Of a stretch of DNA of 64,000 nt, positions 28,404 to 38,599 are shown one piece after another (the first letter of the stretch is position 1; each line of letters begins with the position of its first letter). Source of the stretch: Candidatus Hydrogenedentota bacterium (GTDB taxonomy: Bacteria > Hydrogenedentota > Hydrogenedentia > Hydrogenedentales > SLHB01); contig CAXXTH010000023.1 of NCBI GenBank assembly GCA_963668025.2, positions 288,001-352,000 on the forward strand, read 5' to 3'. The position numbers and the translations under genes are program-made. Under the pieces are notes generated by a model, which saw only the letters and a program-made list of their open reading frames with translations, was not told the DNA's origin and ran no database searches.

Positions 28404-29738
28404 TTACCCCTGCAACGCCCGCGTCATTTGGTTCAAAAGCTGTTCAAACGGCGCCCGATCTTTCAGGCCTTGCTTGAGAAAAGCCCGAATTCCCGGCATG
28501 ATGCGCAGCGCCTTGTCAATCTCCTTGTTGCTGCCGTGGGCGTACGCTCCTATATTCACCAAATCCTCCGCGTCGCGGTAGGTAGCCAGTATGCTGCGTA
28601 TTTCGCCCGCGAGGCGGCGGTGTTCATCCACGGTGACATCCACCATGCACCGGCTGATGCTCTGCAAGACATCCACGGCGGGGTAATGGTTGCGTGAAGC
28701 GAGATCGCGCGACAGCACGATATGGCCATCCAGAATACTGCGTACGGCGTCGCCGATGGGGTCGTTCATGTCGTCGGATTCGACGAGCACGGTGTATATG
28801 CCCGTGATGGTTCCAACGGCGGAAGATCCTGCCCGTTCGAGGAGTTTCGGAAGCAGCGCATACACCGATGGCGGATAGCCGCGCGTGGTGGGCGGTTCGC
28901 CCACGGCCAGCCCTACTTCACGCTGGGCCATGGCGAACCGGGTCACGGAGTCCATCATGAGCATGACATCCGCGCCTTGCTCGCGGAACCATTCCGAGAT
29001 GGCGGTGGCTACATACGCGCCTCGGATGCGCAACAGCGCAGGCTCGTCCGAGGTGGCTACAATGACTATCGAACGCGCCAGGCCTTCAGTGCCTAGATCG
29101 CCCTCGATAAACTCGCGCACTTCGCGCCCACGCTCGCCGATGAGAGCGATGACATTAATATCCGCGTTGGTGTTGCGCGCCATCATTCCGAGGGTTTTGC
29201 TCTTGCCTACGCCGCTGCCGGCCATGATGCCGAGACGCTGGCCTTTGCCGCAAGTGATGCAGGCGTCGATGGACCGGATGCCGGTGGCGATAGGCTCGGT
29301 GATGCGTTTTCGGGAAAGGGCTGGGGGCGCTTGGGCGCGCAGCGGCATTTCCGCTGAGCCGCGAATGAGAGGGCCATTATCGAGCGGGTCACCCATGCTG
29401 CCCAGCACGCGGCCGAGAAGGTCCACGCCCACGCGCACGGTTTGGGGGCGCTTCGTGGGGATAAGGGGGCTTCCGGGCCGTACGCCTTCGATATTGCCGA
29501 GCGCCATCAGCAGCAAATGGCCACTACGAAAACCCACGACTTCGAGAGGCACGCGGCTTGAACCGCCGGAATCGTTTGGCGTCTCGACATAACATAAATC
29601 GCCGATGCGCAAGGGCGGGCCGGTGGCCTCGATGGTGAGGCCCACCACCTGCGTCACCTTGCCATGCACGGCAATGGTGTGGGCGTCCTTGACGCGTTCC
29701 ACGGCGCTGCCGAGGTTATTCAGATTGAGGGGGTTCAA
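28404..29738 (-). CDS. fliI: Flagellar export ATPase FliI
   Basis: Walker A AGSGVGKS, IGERGREV, DSVTRFAMAQREVGL, GEPPTTRGYPPS. Confidence 0.97.
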   Translation of the reverse strand: MNPLNLNNLGSAVERVKDAHTIAVHGKVTQVVGLTIEATGPPLRIGDLCYVETPNDSGGSSRVPLEVVGFRSGHLLLMALGNIEGVRPGSPLIPTKRPQTVRVGVDLLGRVLGSMGDPLDNGPLIRGSAEMPLRAQAPPALSRKRITEPIATGIRSIDACITCGKGQRLGIMAGSGVGKSKTLGMMARNTNADINVIALIGERGREVREFIEGDLGTEGLARSIVIVATSDEPALLRIRGAYVATAISEWFREQGADVMLMMDSVTRFAMAQREVGLAVGEPPTTRGYPPSVYALLPKLLERAGSSAVGTITGIYTVLVESDDMNDPIGDAVRSILDGHIVLSRDLASRNHYPAVDVLQSISRCMVDVTVDEHRRLAGEIRSILATYRDAEDLVNIGAYAHGSNKEIDKALRIMPGIRAFLKQGLKDRAPFEQLLNQMTRALQG

Positions 29739-30441
29739 CGGCGATTTCCGATATGCTTTCCAAAATATGGGTTAATTGGGCGTCAAGCTGGGCGTCTACA
29801 AACATGGTGGCGGTCTCCACCGTGCATCCACCCGGAGCGATAGCTTCGTCTGCAATGATCTCTTTGTGATGGACGCCGTCGAAACTATCCAGGAAACCTA
29901 CGGCCTCTTGGTTCAGCATCTCGACATCCCGTGGATTCATATGGATGGTGAGGCGTTCTTTATCCGATAAGTGTTCGAGGATTTCTTGCAGCACGCGCCG
30001 AATAGACTGGGGATCCGCCCAGGCCTCCCGCTTAAGCACCCGGCTCACCACGGCCTTGATGAGGGCCGTGATGTTATCTTGCATTTTCTGGGCGATTTCT
30101 TCCTTGGCCGTTTTCATTTTTTCGGCTGTATCTTGCAAGGCTTGCTGCAACGTGGCGACCGAATCTAGAAATTGTGATTTGCCGGCTTCGATGCCGCGGC
30201 GCATGCCCTCATCGTAGGCTTGGCGCACTTGTAGTTCCGCATCGGCGCGCAACTGGGATATGGTTTCGGCGTTATCGGCCTCGAGGCGTGCGCGGATTTC
30301 TTCAATGGCTTGCTCGTGGCCTGGATCATCGCTGGCGTCATGCTGCGTTGAGGGTGCAGGCATATACACCTCGAGCGCCGCGCGTTCATAGCGCGTGCAG
30401 TTCGAGGGGGCAGCTTGTCCAATTTTTATGATCTTCGCCAT
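29716..30441 (-). CDS. fliH: Flagellar assembly protein FliH
   Basis: AxxxG repeats, I.MNP.D, GGC.VET; lies between fliG and fliI. Confidence 0.85.
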   Translation of the reverse strand: MAKIIKIGQAAPSNCTRYERAALEVYMPAPSTQHDASDDPGHEQAIEEIRARLEADNAETISQLRADAELQVRQAYDEGMRRGIEAGKSQFLDSVATLQQALQDTAEKMKTAKEEIAQKMQDNITALIKAVVSRVLKREAWADPQSIRRVLQEILEHLSDKERLTIHMNPRDVEMLNQEAVGFLDSFDGVHHKEIIADEAIAPGGCTVETATMFVDAQLDAQLTHILESISEIAVEPPQSE

Positions 30442-30474
30442 ACCAGCACTTTGAGTGTAGATGCCCAGGGTTGC

Positions 30475-31527
30475 TTATACGATAATCTCGTCTTCCGAAC
30501 CGCCGCCACGGCCTTGGATGACGATCTCGCCAGCGTCGCCGAGGCGCCGGATGACTTGTACGATTTTCTGTTGGGCTTCTTCGACGTTGCGCAGGCGGAC
30601 GGGCCCCATGAATTCCATCTCTTCCTTGATAAGCTCGCGGGCGCGTTCCGACATATTGCGCATAATTTTTGCGGTGACTTCTTCGTTGGCCACTTTGAGG
30701 GCGAGCGCCAGGTCTTTTTGCTCGAATTCGCGCATGGCCTTCTGGAAGCCGCTATCGTCTACGTAGATCAAGTCGTCGAAGGTGAACATGCGCCGGGAGA
30801 TTTCGTCGGCCAGTTCGGGGTCGCGCTCTTCGATATCGGCCATGATGGATTTTTCGGTGCCGCGTTCGACGCGGTTGAGGATTTCGGCGACTTCCTGGAC
30901 GCCGCCCGCGAAGGTGAAGCCTTGGCTGAACACGCTGGCCATTTTGCGCTCGAGCACGCGCTCGACCTCGCGGACAATTTCGGGCGGCGTGCGGTCCATA
31001 TTCGCGATGCGCATGATGACTTCGGAACGCACATCCTGGGATAACGCGCTGATGACTACGCCAGCGATTTGCGGTTCGAGATGGGCCATGATAAGGGCGA
31101 TGGTCTGGGGATGCTCATCTTGAATGAAACTCACAATCTGGCCGGGGTCGGCGCGCTTCAGGAATTCGAAGGGCACTTCCTGGAGGCTGCTTTGCAGCCG
31201 GGTGAGGACTTCGAGCGCCCGTTCGGGGCCAAGGGCCGTTTCGAGGATGCTCCGCGCGAACTCGATGCCGCCTTGGGTGACATAGCGGTTGGCGAGCATC
31301 ATTTCGTGGAATTCTTCCATGACGCCTTCGCGCACTTCGGGCTCGATAGCGCCCAGGCTGGCGAGGTCGAGGGTGAGCTGTTCGATTTCTTCCTCGTTCA
31401 TCGCCTGAAGGACGCGGCTGGCTGGGGCGGGCCCCAAGCATGCTAACAATACGGCGGCCTTCGTGCGGCCGTCCAGCTTGGCCAGTTTGTCCGGTTTATT
31501 TGGTTTTCCGTTAGTCTTCACTTTCAC
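30475..31527 (-). CDS. fliG: Motor switch protein FliG
   Basis: EHPQTIALI, MFTFDDL, LALALK, NMSERA, GPVRL..VEEAQ. Confidence 0.97.
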   Translation of the reverse strand: MKVKTNGKPNKPDKLAKLDGRTKAAVLLACLGPAPASRVLQAMNEEEIEQLTLDLASLGAIEPEVREGVMEEFHEMMLANRYVTQGGIEFARSILETALGPERALEVLTRLQSSLQEVPFEFLKRADPGQIVSFIQDEHPQTIALIMAHLEPQIAGVVISALSQDVRSEVIMRIANMDRTPPEIVREVERVLERKMASVFSQGFTFAGGVQEVAEILNRVERGTEKSIMADIEERDPELADEISRRMFTFDDLIYVDDSGFQKAMREFEQKDLALALKVANEEVTAKIMRNMSERARELIKEEMEFMGPVRLRNVEEAQQKIVQVIRRLGDAGEIVIQGRGGGSEDEIIV

Positions 31528-33085
31528 TCATCCAGGCGCGCAATAGCGACGCCACAATCTCAGGCTGCTGTTGTGAGAGGTTTTCCACTTCTTCGGCAAT
31601 GGCGCGTTTGCGCATTTCCTCTTGTGATGGGCCAGAAATCTCGATAGGTTTTTCTTCCTCGACCTCGACCACGGGCGGCGTAATCAGTTTGAAGAGCAGT
31701 CTGCGGATATAAAGGAATAATCCAGCCACCAGGAGCACTTTCAGCGCGGTCAGGCCATATTTGCCATACTGGTTCCAGCGCTGCTGTTTGGCGAAGGTCT
31801 CGGTGGTGGCCAGCGCTTCTTGCAGTTGATCAATCTGGAAGGCCTGGCTCATGACGAAGACATCTTCCGGCTTCGCTTCCGTGCCTACGGCGTTGGCGAT
31901 CATGAGCTGGTAATCGCTGATTTCTTTTTCATTTAACGGGATGTATTTTTTTTCACCCGTTGGATTTCCACTTTCATCGAGAGCCGCTTCGTAGTTGCCA
32001 TCGATGATCGCGGAAACTTTATATCCGGTGATGTCGCCCGGCTCGGTTGTCGTCTCGATTTTAGTACGGCTCGGGTCATTGTTGGTGATGGTTTCATTGG
32101 TTTTTTCGACGGTTTTTGTCGATGTAGGGCCCGGCGAGCCTTCCGGGGCATTGGCGTATACGCCCGGAGGCCCCTGGGGCAAGGATTCTTCCGTGCTCAG
32201 ATTCGAGGTGGTTTCCGCGGCGCTGATAGGAGCGCCTTCCTCGACGCGTTCTTCCTGGGTTTTTTTTATGCTAAAATCGAGCTTCGCGCTCACGGTCACC
32301 GTGGCTTTTTTGCCGATCTTCTGAAAAACCTCGTCAATTTTTTTCTCGCGCTCTCTTTCCCATTTGCTGATTTGGTCTTGTTTATTCGAGGCCAAGCGGG
32401 CCACTTCGTCTTTCGGGCCATTGAGATGTATGCCGTCGCTGGTGACCAGCGTAATATGATTGCGGTCGAGATTAGCCCCGCCGAAGGCCGATATGATGCC
32501 GAGCATGGCATCCTTTTCCTGTTCGGTGGGAGGCCGGTTTGTCGTGATGGTGACGGCGGCTTCCGAGGGGGCCTGGTTTTTTTTAATCAGCGACTCTTTT
32601 GCGAAATTGATGAAGACGACGGATTGTTCGATAAAGTCCAATTCATTAAGCTGCCGCTGGAGCTCGCCTTGGATGGCCCGTTTGCGGTTGTCTTCCCGTT
32701 GATCGGGGCTGGTGAACATGTTGGTTTCGTCCAGGAGCTCCCATCCCTTACTGAGGCCGTATCGAGTGGGCAGTTTTTGGGCGCTGAGGACCATGCGGGC
32801 GCGCGATGCGTCGGTATCACGCACGCGGATGGTCGTCTCCATATCGGCCATTTTGTACAAGATGCCCTCTTCTTTAAGGAGCGCCTGCATTTTGCCAACT
32901 TCTTCGGCGTTTTCAAGCCCGCTGTAGAGGTTGACATATTGGGGCTGGGCTCCTGAGATGACCAGGGCGGCGATGATGGAGAGGGTGGCTAAAACCGCCA
33001 GGCCTATATTGATGCGAGCGCTGACAGTCAGGCGGGTCCACGCCTGCTTGGCGCCGAGCCATAATTGGCGCACGAATTCCAGCAC
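31511..33085 (-). CDS. fliF: MS-ring protein FliF
   Basis: Two TMs, GWELLD, RAIQGELQR.L, C-terminal PEIVASLLRAWM. Confidence 0.9.
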   Translation of the reverse strand: MLEFVRQLWLGAKQAWTRLTVSARINIGLAVLATLSIIAALVISGAQPQYVNLYSGLENAEEVGKMQALLKEEGILYKMADMETTIRVRDTDASRARMVLSAQKLPTRYGLSKGWELLDETNMFTSPDQREDNRKRAIQGELQRQLNELDFIEQSVVFINFAKESLIKKNQAPSEAAVTITTNRPPTEQEKDAMLGIISAFGGANLDRNHITLVTSDGIHLNGPKDEVARLASNKQDQISKWEREREKKIDEVFQKIGKKATVTVSAKLDFSIKKTQEERVEEGAPISAAETTSNLSTEESLPQGPPGVYANAPEGSPGPTSTKTVEKTNETITNNDPSRTKIETTTEPGDITGYKVSAIIDGNYEAALDESGNPTGEKKYIPLNEKEISDYQLMIANAVGTEAKPEDVFVMSQAFQIDQLQEALATTETFAKQQRWNQYGKYGLTALKVLLVAGLFLYIRRLLFKLITPPVVEVEEEKPIEISGPSQEEMRKRAIAEEVENLSQQQPEIVASLLRAWMSESED

Positions 33086-33523
33086 GGATTATCCCTCGCT
33101 TGTTCCGGCATGGAAGCCGGTGTGTTGCCGCGCTATGCCGCACGCCCAATCAGAAATAGAGCGTGCCCGAGCCCATGTCGAATCCCACGGCAGGGCGTGA
33201 GCGTTTTTGGGAGATTCAACTATCCGCTCCGCGCGGGAAACGGCTGGCGCCCCATGGGTCCGCCCACCGTCCCATCGAGTCCGAGAGACGTGCTGCTGCG
33301 CCGGCCTGCCTGGGATGAGAACATGCGCCGGACTACGCCACAAACGGCTATCGAGCGGGCTTTTGCCCGCTTGCTTTCCGCGCTGGCGCGCCGGACGCGG
33401 CTCCCACCACCTCGCTGGGCCGGCTGCGAGTTGACGGAGAACGCTCACAGTCGATCCTGCATCCTTACGCGAAAGTGGCGGGGCTTGCGCCCCACACATC
33501 CGGCCACAAGGCCGAATGCGCTC

Positions 33524-33850
33524 CTAAACTTGCATCCGCATGATTTCTTCGTATGCGGCCACCATTTTATTCCGAACGGCCATCATGGTTTGGAACGACA
33601 TATCGGCTTTTTCGACGGCGACTACCGCATCGGATACGTCTTTGATCTCGCCAGACACTACTTGTTTGATGCTGGTATCTGCTTCGTTTTGAAGCCGCTG
33701 CACCTCGCCGATGGATTCCGTAAGGAGCTCTTTGAAACTTTTCGCACCCGATGCCGTTTCCGTGCGGGCAATGCGAGGCTGCAGCGGATCCACTTCACTG
33801 GAAGACATACGAGCGCTGCCGATGCTTGATATGTACGGCGCGTCTGCCAT
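33524..33850 (-). CDS. fliE: FliE
   Basis: SFKELL...V..LQ..AD, VRNKMVAAYEEIMRMQV. Confidence 0.95.
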   Translation of the reverse strand: MADAPYISSIGSARMSSSEVDPLQPRIARTETASGAKSFKELLTESIGEVQRLQNEADTSIKQVVSGEIKDVSDAVVAVEKADMSFQTMMAVRNKMVAAYEEIMRMQV

Positions 33851-33878
33851 TCCGCTTGCCTCCTACCTCTTCGACACG

Positions 33879-34310
33879 TTATGTACTCGACAACAGATCC
33901 AACGTTTTCGCCGTCATGGTCCTATCCGTTTGCATGACGGCGATATTGGCGTCATACGCCCGCTGCGCCACCACCATATCCACCATTTCCATGGCGATAT
34001 CCACGTTGGGGTACGCCACCATGCCTTCTGCATTGGCGTCGGGGTGGCTGGGGTTATACACCATCCGCAAGGATGATGGATCTTGTGCAATACGCTTAAC
34101 CTTCACCCCATACTTGGATGGATCAATCGTGGGCTCAAGGGCTTCGCCACGTACAATCGCCACTTGCCGCCGAAACGCACCACCGCCATCGGGCGTGCGG
34201 GTCGTTTGCGCATTCGCAATATTGTTTGCGATGACATTCATGCATATCCGCTGGGTTTTAAGCCCGCTCGCCGCGATGTCTCGCGCGGAAATTGCATCTA
34301 ACAGGGCCAT
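33879..34310 (-). CDS. flgC: Rod protein FlgC
   Basis: IAASGL..QR..MNVIANNIANA.TTR, Y.PSHPDA..EG.V.YPNV. Confidence 0.95.
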   Translation of the reverse strand: MALLDAISARDIAASGLKTQRICMNVIANNIANAQTTRTPDGGGAFRRQVAIVRGEALEPTIDPSKYGVKVKRIAQDPSSLRMVYNPSHPDANAEGMVAYPNVDIAMEMVDMVVAQRAYDANIAVMQTDRTMTAKTLDLLSST

Positions 34311-34379
34311 GGCGCACCTTTCGCGTTGTGCTCACCTTTGCCTCAATTACACTATATATTGTTGCATAAGGGCTGTCAA

Positions 34380-34775
34380 CTACCGTATATTGGTTAGCAT
34401 CGAGCGGTACTGGCCAAATCTGCTTTGCAACAACGAACTATATAGTGTGTAGCGCCCCGCGTTTTCCGCTAGACCGGTTATCTCTTCCTCCAGATCGACC
34501 TTATTATAGTCGTTCTTGGAACGGTCGGCAAGACGTTCAAAATCCACCAAGTTACGCGTAGAGTCGAGATGGCGTGGATCCGTTCTGCGGAGCGAGAACC
34601 GGTCCCGCCCCTCGAGTACGGCGCGCAAGGTTTCTTGAAAGTCCATATGCACGGGGTTGAAATTAGGCGTGTTCACGTTGGCGATGTTGTTGGCAATCAA
34701 GCGATGGTTCATCTGAGCCGTACGCATGCCTGCCTGCAGCAAATCAATCGTGTCCACTCCTGAGAACGCCGGCAC
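34380..34775 (-). CDS. flgB: Rod protein FlgB
   Basis: LIANNIANVNTPNF.P..MDF, D.N.VDLE.E; RBS AAAGGAG. Confidence 0.92.
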   Translation of the reverse strand: MPAFSGVDTIDLLQAGMRTAQMNHRLIANNIANVNTPNFNPVHMDFQETLRAVLEGRDRFSLRRTDPRHLDSTRNLVDFERLADRSKNDYNKVDLEEEITGLAENAGRYTLYSSLLQSRFGQYRSMLTNIR

Positions 34776-34927
34776 GTCTTGCTCCTTTCTTTAGGTAGCC
34801 CGCGGCTCGGTCCGCGGTTTTCGGCGAGAGGGCCCGGCGCAGGCCCTGCGTCGCCTTGAGCGCTCCGGCGCACCTTTCGCTCCTTCGAGCGGCGCGCCGG
34901 AGCTTAGTTCTCCGTCAGCGTTATAGA

Positions 34928-34943
34928 AGCAACCGGTATGCCA
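34928..34943 (-). promoter_or_regulatory. Sigma54 (-24/-12) promoter of the flagellar operon
   Basis: Minus strand reads TGGCATACCGGTTGCT, matching TGGCA(C/T)N5TTGC(A/T), about 150 nt upstream of flgB. Confidence 0.85.
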
Positions 34944-35316
34944 AGGAAGGGGATGGTCTTAAGTGGTTGTATTTAAACAAGATACGTGTATTGGGAAAAT
35001 GACATGCAGGCTAAGTCGGCATATTTTACCTAAAGGACGCGTCTTCTTTTCCGGGTAAGGGTGGATTTTCCCGCAAGACTCTGTATGCATATACTCAATA
35101 TCTACGCGCTGGGATACGCTGTAAACTCTTGGTGTCTTCGAGTCTTTGTGGTGAAAGATCCGGAAAGATTCACCACAAAGCCACAAGGGCACAAAGAGGC
35201 TCTCAAGAATTTATTGGATTTGCTATAGTACAGGAAAAGAATGCTTGATGGAATATGAATCGATACGTTATAGTAAACTGTAGAAACGTAGTATCCACAT
35301 TCCGGAAGGAGGCCCC

Positions 35317-36612
35317 ATGATGATGACGAGAAATGATGGGCGGCTGGCCTGGATAGTCTTGATTGCAGTGTTGCCGCTTGCTTTTGCATTCTGCGAAACC
35401 GCGCTGGCGACAAGTCTCTCGGACTTACCCATCGGCCATCTTAAGGTGACGGTTGGAGACGGCGGCCTAATCAATGTCGAAGCCCGATGTGTGCCCACCA
35501 AAGATATCATCAATGAAATCGCTCAAAAAACAGGCAAGACAGTGGTATATGACTGTGACGTGAAGACCTATGGGTCCGTCTACCAGTCCGTTGAGCAGTG
35601 GAAGGCTCCTAAGTGGTGGGTGTCCAAAGAAAACACTGCTCCGGGTGTTAGTATCAGAGAGGATGGAAATGTCTGGCACGTCAAGGCTTCATACTCCCCG
35701 GAATCCCGGAAATACGACGCAGCTCTGACGGAGGCGCAGATCGTCGATTCATGCACGACTTCGATTCATCCGGTTCTATTGACGGAAGCGACAGAAGGCG
35801 CTTTGGATACGGGCATCCTCATCTACAATGGCCATTACGTTCCGGGTCCGTACAAAGTAGAGACCACTGCGGATAATTCCGGCCGAATGAACGTCCAGAT
35901 CAATGGTTTAGTTGTTGAGTCGCTTGACACGACTCCGCCAGAATCACCAGAACCACCATCCAGTCTACCAGACTCTGGACAATTTGACGACAGAGTCAAA
36001 TTGGGGATGTATCTGAGTTACGTTCTTTTGCCACAAATGGTGGATGAGTACGGGCCTGATGTTGCGCCGCAGAAAATACGTGATTTTCTCAAGACTCAGT
36101 CTATCGTGGGACGTATTCTTACTCCCGAGGAATCCTCCGATTACCCGTATCCGAATAATATATGGATTGAATTTGCGGATCATCCAGGAGCTCCAGTAAA
36201 TGCTATCATAGGCGGTATCGACATGCAGACAGGCAAACCATCTGAAGACAATGTACCCATGTCGTCGTTTACCGTCGACGAAAATGTACAGAGTATGCTG
36301 CGTGTGTATAATAAATATTTGGGAAGATCTGGGGTGCTGATCTGCGGTAAGAATCAAATCGTGATTGACATTGTAAATTTGGATAACCTTAAGCGATTTC
36401 CCGATGCAGTGGCGAGTGAGAATACGATGTCTATCCTGCAAACAGAGTGTCTTATCCATGAAATTGTTCCAGAGCGCCCCATCGCGCGTCTGATGGCGGT
36501 GAACCTGCGCGAGAACGCGGATGCGCTTGTTAATCGGCTGCAGAGGATGCTTTCGGATCGGGAGGAAGAGCGTATAAAGGCGAGAGCTATACCGGCGGCG
36601 TCACAGCAGTGA
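35317..36612 (+). CDS. Secreted hypothetical protein, copy 1 (N-terminal STN/secretin-N-like segment)
   Basis: RBS AAGGAGG; signal peptide; INVEARCVPTKDIINEIAQKTGKTVVYD. Confidence 0.85.
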   Translation: MMMTRNDGRLAWIVLIAVLPLAFAFCETALATSLSDLPIGHLKVTVGDGGLINVEARCVPTKDIINEIAQKTGKTVVYDCDVKTYGSVYQSVEQWKAPKWWVSKENTAPGVSIREDGNVWHVKASYSPESRKYDAALTEAQIVDSCTTSIHPVLLTEATEGALDTGILIYNGHYVPGPYKVETTADNSGRMNVQINGLVVESLDTTPPESPEPPSSLPDSGQFDDRVKLGMYLSYVLLPQMVDEYGPDVAPQKIRDFLKTQSIVGRILTPEESSDYPYPNNIWIEFADHPGAPVNAIIGGIDMQTGKPSEDNVPMSSFTVDENVQSMLRVYNKYLGRSGVLICGKNQIVIDIVNLDNLKRFPDAVASENTMSILQTECLIHEIVPERPIARLMAVNLRENADALVNRLQRMLSDREEERIKARAIPAASQQ

Positions 36613-36952
36613 GTCTCGATAGAAAAGACAAAGCAAAGCCAGGAATTACGATTATATATCCGTATATGCCAGTTTATTAATGCATGTTGAGCGGCCACTT
36701 TAGGGACAGTTCGGCCTTACATGCTTGCGCTCATGCGTTATGCGCTGAGATGCGCTGCGAACTCTTGGTGTCTTCGAGTCTTTGTGGTGAAAGATCCGGA
36801 AAGATTCACCACAAAGTCACAAAGACACCAAGAGGCTCTCAAGAATTCATTGGATTTGCTGTAGTACAGGAAAAGAATGCTTGATGGAATATGAATCGAT
36901 ACGTTATAGTAAACTGTAGAAACGTAGTATCCACATTCCGGAAGGAGGCCCC

Positions 36953-38248
36953 ATGATGATGGCGAGAAAAGATAGGCGGCTGGCCTGGATAGTCTTGATT
37001 GCAGTGTTGCCGCTTGCTTTTGCATTCTGCAAAACCGCGCTGGCGGCAAGTCTCTCGGACTTTCCCATCGGCCATCTTAAGGTGACGGTTGGAGACGACG
37101 GCTTAATCAACGTCGAGGCACGGTGCGTTCCCACCAAGGACATCATCAACGAAATCGCCAAGAAAACGGGCAAGACCGTCGTCTATGACTGTGACATCAA
37201 GACCTACGGGTCCGCCTACCGGCCCGTGGATCAATGGAGAGCTCCTGAGTGGTGGGCGTCCAATGAAAACACGGCTCCGGGCGTTAGTATCATAGAGGAT
37301 GGAAATGTCTGGCACGTCAAGGCTTCATACTCCACGGAATCCAAGGAATACAATGCGGCCCTGACGGAAGCGCAGATCGTCGAATCATGCACGACTTCGA
37401 TTCATTCGGTGAAATTAACGGAAGCGACAGAAGGCACTTTGGATACGGGCATCCTCATCTATAATGGCCATTATGTTCCGGGTCCGTACAAAGTAGAGAC
37501 CACTGCGGATAATTCCGGCAGAAAAAATATCAAGATCAATGGTTTGGTTGTAGCGTCGCTTGACACGACTCCGCCAGAATCATCAGGACCGCCTCCCAGC
37601 CTACCGGATTCTGGACAATTTGAAGACAATGGAAGCTTATTGAACTATTTGAGTGATGTGCTCTTGCCGCAAATAGTAGATGAGTATGGTGCTGACGCGG
37701 CACCGGACAAAATACGCGATTTTCTCAAAACCCAGCATATCGTGAGCCGCATTCTTACGCCCGAGGAGTCCTCCGATTACCCGTATCCGAATAATATATG
37801 GATTGAATTTGCGGATCATCCTGGAGCGCCATTAAATGCTATCGCGGGCGGAATCGACATGCAGACCGGTAGGCATATTGTGGACGATGTGCCCATGTCG
37901 TCTTCTACCGTCGACGAAAATATACAGAGTCTACTACGTGAATATAATATGCATATGAGCAAGTTTGGAGTGCTAATATACGGTGATAATCACGGCTATA
38001 TTGGCATTTCGGATTTGGATAACCTTAAACGATTTTCTGACGCGGTGGCGAGTGAAAACACAATGTCCATCCCGCAAACGGAGTGTCTTATTTCTGAAGT
38101 TATCGGTATTCGCTTTGTCGCGCGTAGTCTGGCGGTGAACTTACGCGAGAATGCGGATGCGCTTGTTAGCCGGTTGCAGAGGATGCTTTCGGAGCGGGAG
38201 GAAGAGCGTATAAAGGCGAGAGCTATACCGGCGGCGTCACAGCAGTGA
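36953..38248 (+). CDS. Secreted hypothetical protein, copy 2
   Basis: Paralog of 35317-36612, same length (431 aa). Confidence 0.85.
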   Translation: MMMARKDRRLAWIVLIAVLPLAFAFCKTALAASLSDFPIGHLKVTVGDDGLINVEARCVPTKDIINEIAKKTGKTVVYDCDIKTYGSAYRPVDQWRAPEWWASNENTAPGVSIIEDGNVWHVKASYSTESKEYNAALTEAQIVESCTTSIHSVKLTEATEGTLDTGILIYNGHYVPGPYKVETTADNSGRKNIKINGLVVASLDTTPPESSGPPPSLPDSGQFEDNGSLLNYLSDVLLPQIVDEYGADAAPDKIRDFLKTQHIVSRILTPEESSDYPYPNNIWIEFADHPGAPLNAIAGGIDMQTGRHIVDDVPMSSSTVDENIQSLLREYNMHMSKFGVLIYGDNHGYIGISDLDNLKRFSDAVASENTMSIPQTECLISEVIGIRFVARSLAVNLRENADALVSRLQRMLSEREEERIKARAIPAASQQ

Positions 38249-38599
38249 GTCTCGATAGAAAAGACAAAGCAAAGCCAGGAATTACGATTACGCATCCGTA
38301 CGTACCAGATTTCTATGGATACTTCCTTATATGTTGAGCGGCCACTTTCGGGACAGTTCGGCCTTACATGCTTGCGCTCATGCGTTATGCGCTGAGATAC
38401 GCTGTAAACTCTTAGTGTCTTCGAGTCTTTGTGGTGAAAGATCCGGAAAGATTCACCACAAAGCCACCAAGACACCAAGAGGCTCTCAAGAATCTATGGG
38501 ATTTGCTATAGTACAGGAAAAGAATGCTTGATGGAATATGAATCGATACGTTATAGTAAACTGTAGAAACGTAGTATCCACATTCCGGAAGGAGGCCCC

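Noticed and set aside
33065-33829. ORFs 33089-33499 (-) and 33065-33829 (+) in the fliE-fliF spacer
   Set aside because: Arg/Pro/Ala-rich composition typical of non-coding GC-rich DNA, no family motif, and the plus-strand ORF overlaps fliE.
34776-34920. c-di-GMP-I riboswitch call for the flgB leader
   Set aside because: The GCAAA / GAAA / GGGACGCAAAG-type signature was not found; kept only as an unknown structured leader.
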